This document shows, piece after piece, positions 59,807 through 64,000 of a DNA stretch of 64,000 bases. Within the stretch, counting starts at the first letter, position 1. Each line of letters starts with the position of its first letter. The DNA is from an uncultured Rhodopirellula sp. (lineage in GTDB: Bacteria; Planctomycetota; Planctomycetia; Pirellulales; Pirellulaceae): positions 62,001 to 126,000 of the forward strand of contig CAXGAI010000008.1 in assembly GCA_964007735.1 (NCBI GenBank), read 5' to 3'. A model generated the notes under the pieces. It did no database searches and was not told the origin of the DNA. It saw only the letters and a program-made list of their open reading frames with translations. A program made the translations under genes and the position numbers.

Positions 59807-60790
59807 TTAAGTGTTTCTAGCTGGGAAATCCAGAAACACTTTTAGGGCTCCGTCTTGTCGTTGACTGAAAACTTCAAAGGCTTCCTGGATATCTTTAAGT
59901 TGCATGTGATGGGTAATGATGGGTGAAACATCCACACGACCTTCAGCAATCCAACGCATCGCCAATGGAAAGTCGATTTCGAAATCCGGAACGACACTGG
60001 CATAAAGTGTAATATTCTTCCAAAAGAGCTTATATAAGCTGATTTCCTGTAAGGTCTGAGTAGGGACTCCAAAGAAGAAAACATTACCATGCTCTTTGCA
60101 AATTTCCAGACAAAGATTGACGACCTGTTCACGGTGGCCAACGCACTCAATAACCAGATCCGGCTTTTGACCACCGAGCGTTTTCTGGACAGCGGCAGCA
60201 ATCTCCTCATCACTCTGCCCTGTACTCACCTGTAAGGTCTCCGTAGCTCCCATTTGAGGAGATACCTTGAGACGTTCAGCATTCAGGTCAACTCCAATAA
60301 TCTGGCGACAACCGAGTTGTTTTAGGGTAACATTCCACAATTGCCCCATTGGTCCCTGACCGATGACTGCCACATTGAGTCCCTGTAGGTTTGGCAAACG
60401 ACGTGTTGCAAAGAGAACTGTGCCTAGTGGCTGAGCGAGTAACGCTTCACGGAGGTCGGGTCTGGCATCCACAGGGATTGCCTGCTTTTCGGTACAAACA
60501 AACCGCTCCTGAAGTCCCATTTGACGATATGGGACGCACAAGACCTGATCACCCACTTTGAATTTACTTCCGTTGGTATCAACAACTGTGCCGATCATTT
60601 CATGTAGTGAATGACCAATCTCCGGCTTATAGGCAGGGTTATCTGCCTCGAAGTAGAGAAGGTCTGACCCGCAAAGACAAGCAAGTTCGGGTTGGAAAAT
60701 GATATCGCCGCCTTCACTTCCCTGAAGCGTCGGTTCTTCAATATCAATCATCCGAATCTGTTTTTCATCATAGATTTCAGCAGCTAACAC
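59807..60790 (-). CDS. MDR-family zinc-binding dehydrogenase
   Basis: LCGSD; HEMIG; GQGPMG Rossmann motif; IITH; ALKV. Confidence 0.88.
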   Translation of the reverse strand: MLAAEIYDEKQIRMIDIEEPTLQGSEGGDIIFQPELACLCGSDLLYFEADNPAYKPEIGHSLHEMIGTVVDTNGSKFKVGDQVLCVPYRQMGLQERFVCTEKQAIPVDARPDLREALLAQPLGTVLFATRRLPNLQGLNVAVIGQGPMGQLWNVTLKQLGCRQIIGVDLNAERLKVSPQMGATETLQVSTGQSDEEIAAAVQKTLGGQKPDLVIECVGHREQVVNLCLEICKEHGNVFFFGVPTQTLQEISLYKLFWKNITLYASVVPDFEIDFPLAMRWIAEGRVDVSPIITHHMQLKDIQEAFEVFSQRQDGALKVFLDFPARNT

Positions 60791-61005
60791 AATTCCATTC
60801 CTAACCTGTTACAAGCAAACGCAAACAATAAAAGTTCGTCTGCGTCTTAAACACTTTTCTATCTACCGTTCAATCTACCTTTCTCTGGAAGTGGAATACA
60901 GTACCACGCAGGGCATTCCTCTTGAAAGCAAGTGAAGGAATCCCGACTTGGTATACTGTTCTTTTCTTTCTCATCGTTCTTCTTGTCTTCACAAAGGCAT
61001 TCCAT

Positions 61006-62451
61006 ATGGCATTCAAGATTCGTGCTCTGTTTTCAATGGCTGCTATCGTAATCCTGAGCAGTCAGGCTCTCGCTCAAAAAGAAAGACTGTTCGAAACGAT
61101 TGAGCAACGAGGGGAGTCAGCCTGGCAACGGGCGAAACAGATCTGGGCATGGGCAGAACCTGGCTATCAAGAATCCAAAAGTAGTAAGCTACTGGCGGAT
61201 GACCTAGCTGCTGCGGGCTTCACCGTTAAACGAGGCGTTGCGGATATTCCAACAGCCTTTACAGCCACCTATGGTAAAGATAAACCGGTCATCGGAATAC
61301 TCGGTGAGTTCGATGCGTTGCCTGGCCTTAATCAGCAAGCCAGTCCCGAACGAGGAAAGCTCGAAGATAGTGATACGAATTATGGCCACGGCTGCGGACA
61401 TCATTTGTTCGGAGTGGCTTCAGCAGAAGCTTGTGTAGCGATCGCCCAAGAAATTAAAGCTGGAACGTTCACAGGAACCGTCAGATTTTACGGCTGTCCG
61501 GCAGAAGAAGGAGGCAGCGCCAAAGTCTTCATGGTACAAGCCGGACTTTTCAAAGACTGTGATACAGTACTGCACTGGCACCCGAGCAGCACTAATTCGG
61601 CTGGTGACCGAAGTACACTTGCTCGTAACGCTGTCAAATTTAGATTCCATGGAAAGGCGGCTCATGCAGCCGGAGCCCCGGAACAGGGGCGTAGTGCTCT
61701 GGATGCTGTCGAACTTACCAATTTCGCCGCTCAGCTTTTGAGAGAGCACACCCCAGACGGAACTCGGATCCACCATGTGATCACAGCCGGAGGAGAGGCT
61801 CCGAATGTCGTGCCTGAATTTGCTGAAGTTTATTACTATATTCGCCACCCAAAATCACAGGTAGCTCGCGAATTATATGCCCGACTAGTTAAGTGCGCTC
61901 AAGCGGGTGCTCTAGCCACTGAAACAAGATTAGAAATCGACTTTCAGGGTGGTATTGTTGAAATCCTTCCCAACAATGTTCTCGCAGATATTACTCTCAA
62001 GAATTTGCGAAACCTAAATACGCTGGCATGGGATAATGAAGAAACCCAGTTTGCCGCGCGTATCCAAAACACTCTTGCTAACCCAATTCCTTTAACATCT
62101 ATCAAACACGTCGTCGATGTAAGTGGAACGATTGGTATGGGGTCGACAGACGTGGGAGACGTGAGCTGGGTAGTTCCAACAACCGGATTTAATACGGCGT
62201 GTTTCGTCCCCGGCACACCAGGACATAGCTGGCAAGCGGTAGCCTGTGGTGGGACAACGGTTGCCCGGAAAGGCATGCATTTGGCGGCAAGAGTATTAGC
62301 AGCAACAGCCTATGACTTGTTTTCCTCTCCCGAAATCATGATGGCGGCACAAGCTGAACTAAAACAAAGACTTGGCGGACAGCCTTACCGCACACTGATG
62401 GTTCCTGGACAAAAACCACCTCTGGGATACCGAAATCCACCGAAGCGATAG
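61006..62451 (+). CDS. M20 amidohydrolase, AbgB-like, with signal peptide
   Basis: EFDALPG; GHGCGHH; GCPAEEGG; GSTDVGDVSW; PGHSWQ. ATG at 61006 is preferred over the TTG at 60922. Confidence 0.9.
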   Translation: MAFKIRALFSMAAIVILSSQALAQKERLFETIEQRGESAWQRAKQIWAWAEPGYQESKSSKLLADDLAAAGFTVKRGVADIPTAFTATYGKDKPVIGILGEFDALPGLNQQASPERGKLEDSDTNYGHGCGHHLFGVASAEACVAIAQEIKAGTFTGTVRFYGCPAEEGGSAKVFMVQAGLFKDCDTVLHWHPSSTNSAGDRSTLARNAVKFRFHGKAAHAAGAPEQGRSALDAVELTNFAAQLLREHTPDGTRIHHVITAGGEAPNVVPEFAEVYYYIRHPKSQVARELYARLVKCAQAGALATETRLEIDFQGGIVEILPNNVLADITLKNLRNLNTLAWDNEETQFAARIQNTLANPIPLTSIKHVVDVSGTIGMGSTDVGDVSWVVPTTGFNTACFVPGTPGHSWQAVACGGTTVARKGMHLAARVLAATAYDLFSSPEIMMAAQAELKQRLGGQPYRTLMVPGQKPPLGYRNPPKR

Positions 62452-62581
62452 TCTTGGGAAAATCGAGTGCTTCGCTCTTATTTTTGAGACTAATAACGCT
62501 ATCACAGGCCTCCTAAACAATTTCTTACGCCGCACCTATACCCGTCTTAAAAAGCCCAACCTATCCTCCCTGCCTTTCATG

Positions 62582-62596
62582 ATTAGATTTTCTAAT
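62582..62596. promoter_or_regulatory. LysR-type operator (T-N11-A palindrome)
   Basis: ATTAGA-TTT-TCTAAT upstream of the promoter of the LysR gene. Confidence 0.6.
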
Positions 62597-62633
62597 ACAG
62601 TGTTGAAGACAGCTAAATATCAGTTATAGGCCG

Positions 62634-62662
62634 TTGACGGTACATTTTATCGGGGATATTCT
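62634..62662 (+). promoter_or_regulatory. Sigma70 promoter for lysR-gltB
   Basis: TTGACG-N17-TATTCT. Confidence 0.7.
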
Positions 62663-62773
62663 AAATGATTGCCTCTAACTATTAGAGGCGATTATATTAG
62701 AGATTAATCCCTTAGGCGGTGCTGTTTTCTCTCGAAAACGTCGGGCCTGAGTTTGAAATAGGTTCGTCGTCAT

Positions 62774-63748
62774 ATGCAGATTCGTGCATTAAAGATTTTT
62801 TGTGACGTTGTTACCCGACGCAGTTTTTCCAAAGCAGCTGAAGATAACGGGATAACACAATCCGCCGCCAGCCAGACCATTCATCAAATCGAAAGCCACT
62901 TTGGTACAAAACTTCTTGATCGATCAAAACGTCCGTTCGTTGTCACTGAGGAAGGAAAAGTCTGCTTTGATCACTGTATAAAGTTAGTGCGCCAGTTTGA
63001 TGAACTAATTGCCAGACTTAATAACGTTCACAGCCACTCAGCAGACACTGTCAAAGTCGCCTCCATTTACTCCGTGGGACTAAGCTACATGAAACAGTTT
63101 GTCCAGCGTTTCACGGAATTAAATCCGGAAATCAATGTGCAACTCGAGTATCACCATCCAAGTGAAGTGTACAACCTCGTGAAATCGGGGGACGCCGATT
63201 TAGGTTTGCTGAGCTACCCAACCGCAACGCATACCATGGCAGTCATTCCCTGGCGGGAAGAAGAGATGGTGGTAGTCGTCGCACCCGGACATCCGCTAGC
63301 TTCGGATAAATCCGTGGCGCTGCAGGACCTCAACGGGTTTGACATGATCGGCTTTGATCAAAACCTGCGTATCGGACAGGAGATTAACCGGGTGTTGGCA
63401 GATACTAATACTACTCCCAATGTTGTCATGGAATTTGACAATATTGAAACACTCAAGCGAGCCATTGAAATTAACGCTGGTTTCAGTATCCTACCCAAAG
63501 CTCACGTTCAACGAGAAGTAGCCGGCGGTACCTTAACCACTGTTGAATTCCACTCTCATTCACTGCTTAGACCGGTCGGTATTATTCATCGCGAAAATAT
63601 CAAACTCGGCGCGAACACTGAGAACTTCATTGAACTTCTCATCGGTGACACCCACACCCCAACGCTGACGACGCACCACCAAATTAACTCCCTAAAACAA
63701 CAATCTGATTTAGATTCACAATCTGAAGTTATGCCCTCCTCGAAATAA
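62774..63748 (+). CDS. LysR-family transcriptional regulator
   Basis: SFSKAA...ITQSAASQ..QIE..FGTKLLDRS HTH; substrate-binding domain EFDNIETLKRAIE. Confidence 0.95.
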   Translation: MQIRALKIFCDVVTRRSFSKAAEDNGITQSAASQTIHQIESHFGTKLLDRSKRPFVVTEEGKVCFDHCIKLVRQFDELIARLNNVHSHSADTVKVASIYSVGLSYMKQFVQRFTELNPEINVQLEYHHPSEVYNLVKSGDADLGLLSYPTATHTMAVIPWREEEMVVVVAPGHPLASDKSVALQDLNGFDMIGFDQNLRIGQEINRVLADTNTTPNVVMEFDNIETLKRAIEINAGFSILPKAHVQREVAGGTLTTVEFHSHSLLRPVGIIHRENIKLGANTENFIELLIGDTHTPTLTTHHQINSLKQQSDLDSQSEVMPSSK

Positions 63749-63779
63749 GCTGGGCTGGTGAACAGATAGAAATAGAAAT

Positions 63780-64000
63780 ATGACGATCAACAATATTGCG
63801 AAATTTGGTTTACCTGAAAAGCAGGGCCTCTATGATCCTGCATTCGAAAAGGATGCATGTGGTGTTGGCTTTGTAGCTCACATCAAAGGACAGCGGAGCC
63901 ATCAAATCGTTCTGGACGCTAATGAAATCATGATGAATATGGAACATCGTGGTGCGTGTGGCTGCGAGGCAAACACAGGTGATGGCGCCGGAATGCTGAC
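63780..64000 (+). CDS. gltB: Glutamate synthase large subunit, N-terminal part (3'-truncated by the window edge)
   Basis: Manual translation gives [37 protein letters not shown]...[26 protein letters not shown] (Ntn Cys), HRGA and GDGAG are GltB signatures. It is absent from the ORF track because there is no stop inside the window. Confidence 0.96.
   Translation, partial: MTINNIAKFGLPEKQGLYDPAFEKDACGVGFVAHIKGQRSHQIVLDANEIMMNMEHRGACGCEANTGDGAGML

Noticed and set aside
60922..61005. TTG-started N-terminal extension of the AbgB-like gene
   Set aside because: ATG 61006 yields a clean signal peptide, and the extension is probably promoter or UTR sequence.
37..62280. Numerous 60-170 aa ORFs nested in or antisense to the main genes
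   Set aside because: They overlap well-supported CDSs and lack recognisable motifs, so they are treated as spurious.
1..64000. tRNA (including tRNA-Sec), rRNA, CRISPR arrays, transposases, integrases, prophage genes, selA/selB/selD
   Set aside because: None was recognised. Intergenic gaps are short and show no cloverleaf or repeat-spacer pattern by eye. The Sec machinery, if present, must be elsewhere in the genome.

Overview
This is a densely coding chromosomal window from a Planctomycetota bacterium, probably marine Planctomycetaceae-like. The assignment is inferred from three PSD1 (DUF1549/DUF1553)-DUF1501 pairs, a DUF1592/DUF1588-DUF1552 pair, a PVC-type heme-binding protein and five sulfatases. 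About 42 CDSs were found, with no rRNA, tRNA, CRISPR array or mobile element. The main finding is that ORFs 47190-48983 and 48996-49610 are in the same frame and separated by one TGA (48981-48983). That TGA is followed by a bacterial SECIS-like hairpin, and read-through restores a complete 7-repeat FG-GAP plus ASPIC/UnbV (CRTAC1-like) lipoprotein with a U-R-C motif, a candidate exported selenoprotein. Also notable is a nine-gene minus-strand catabolic cluster (29485-41925) with several non-canonical active sites: 2-hydroxyacid dehydrogenase, epoxide hydrolase, Ldh_2 oxidoreductase, tandem cyclase, Nramp-like transporter, SDR, fused E1, E2 and M20 amidohydrolase. The window ends with a LysR gene and the start of gltB (missed by the ORF track), preceded by a clear sigma70 promoter and a LysR-type operator. 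Family calls come from motif recognition only; no database searches were run.
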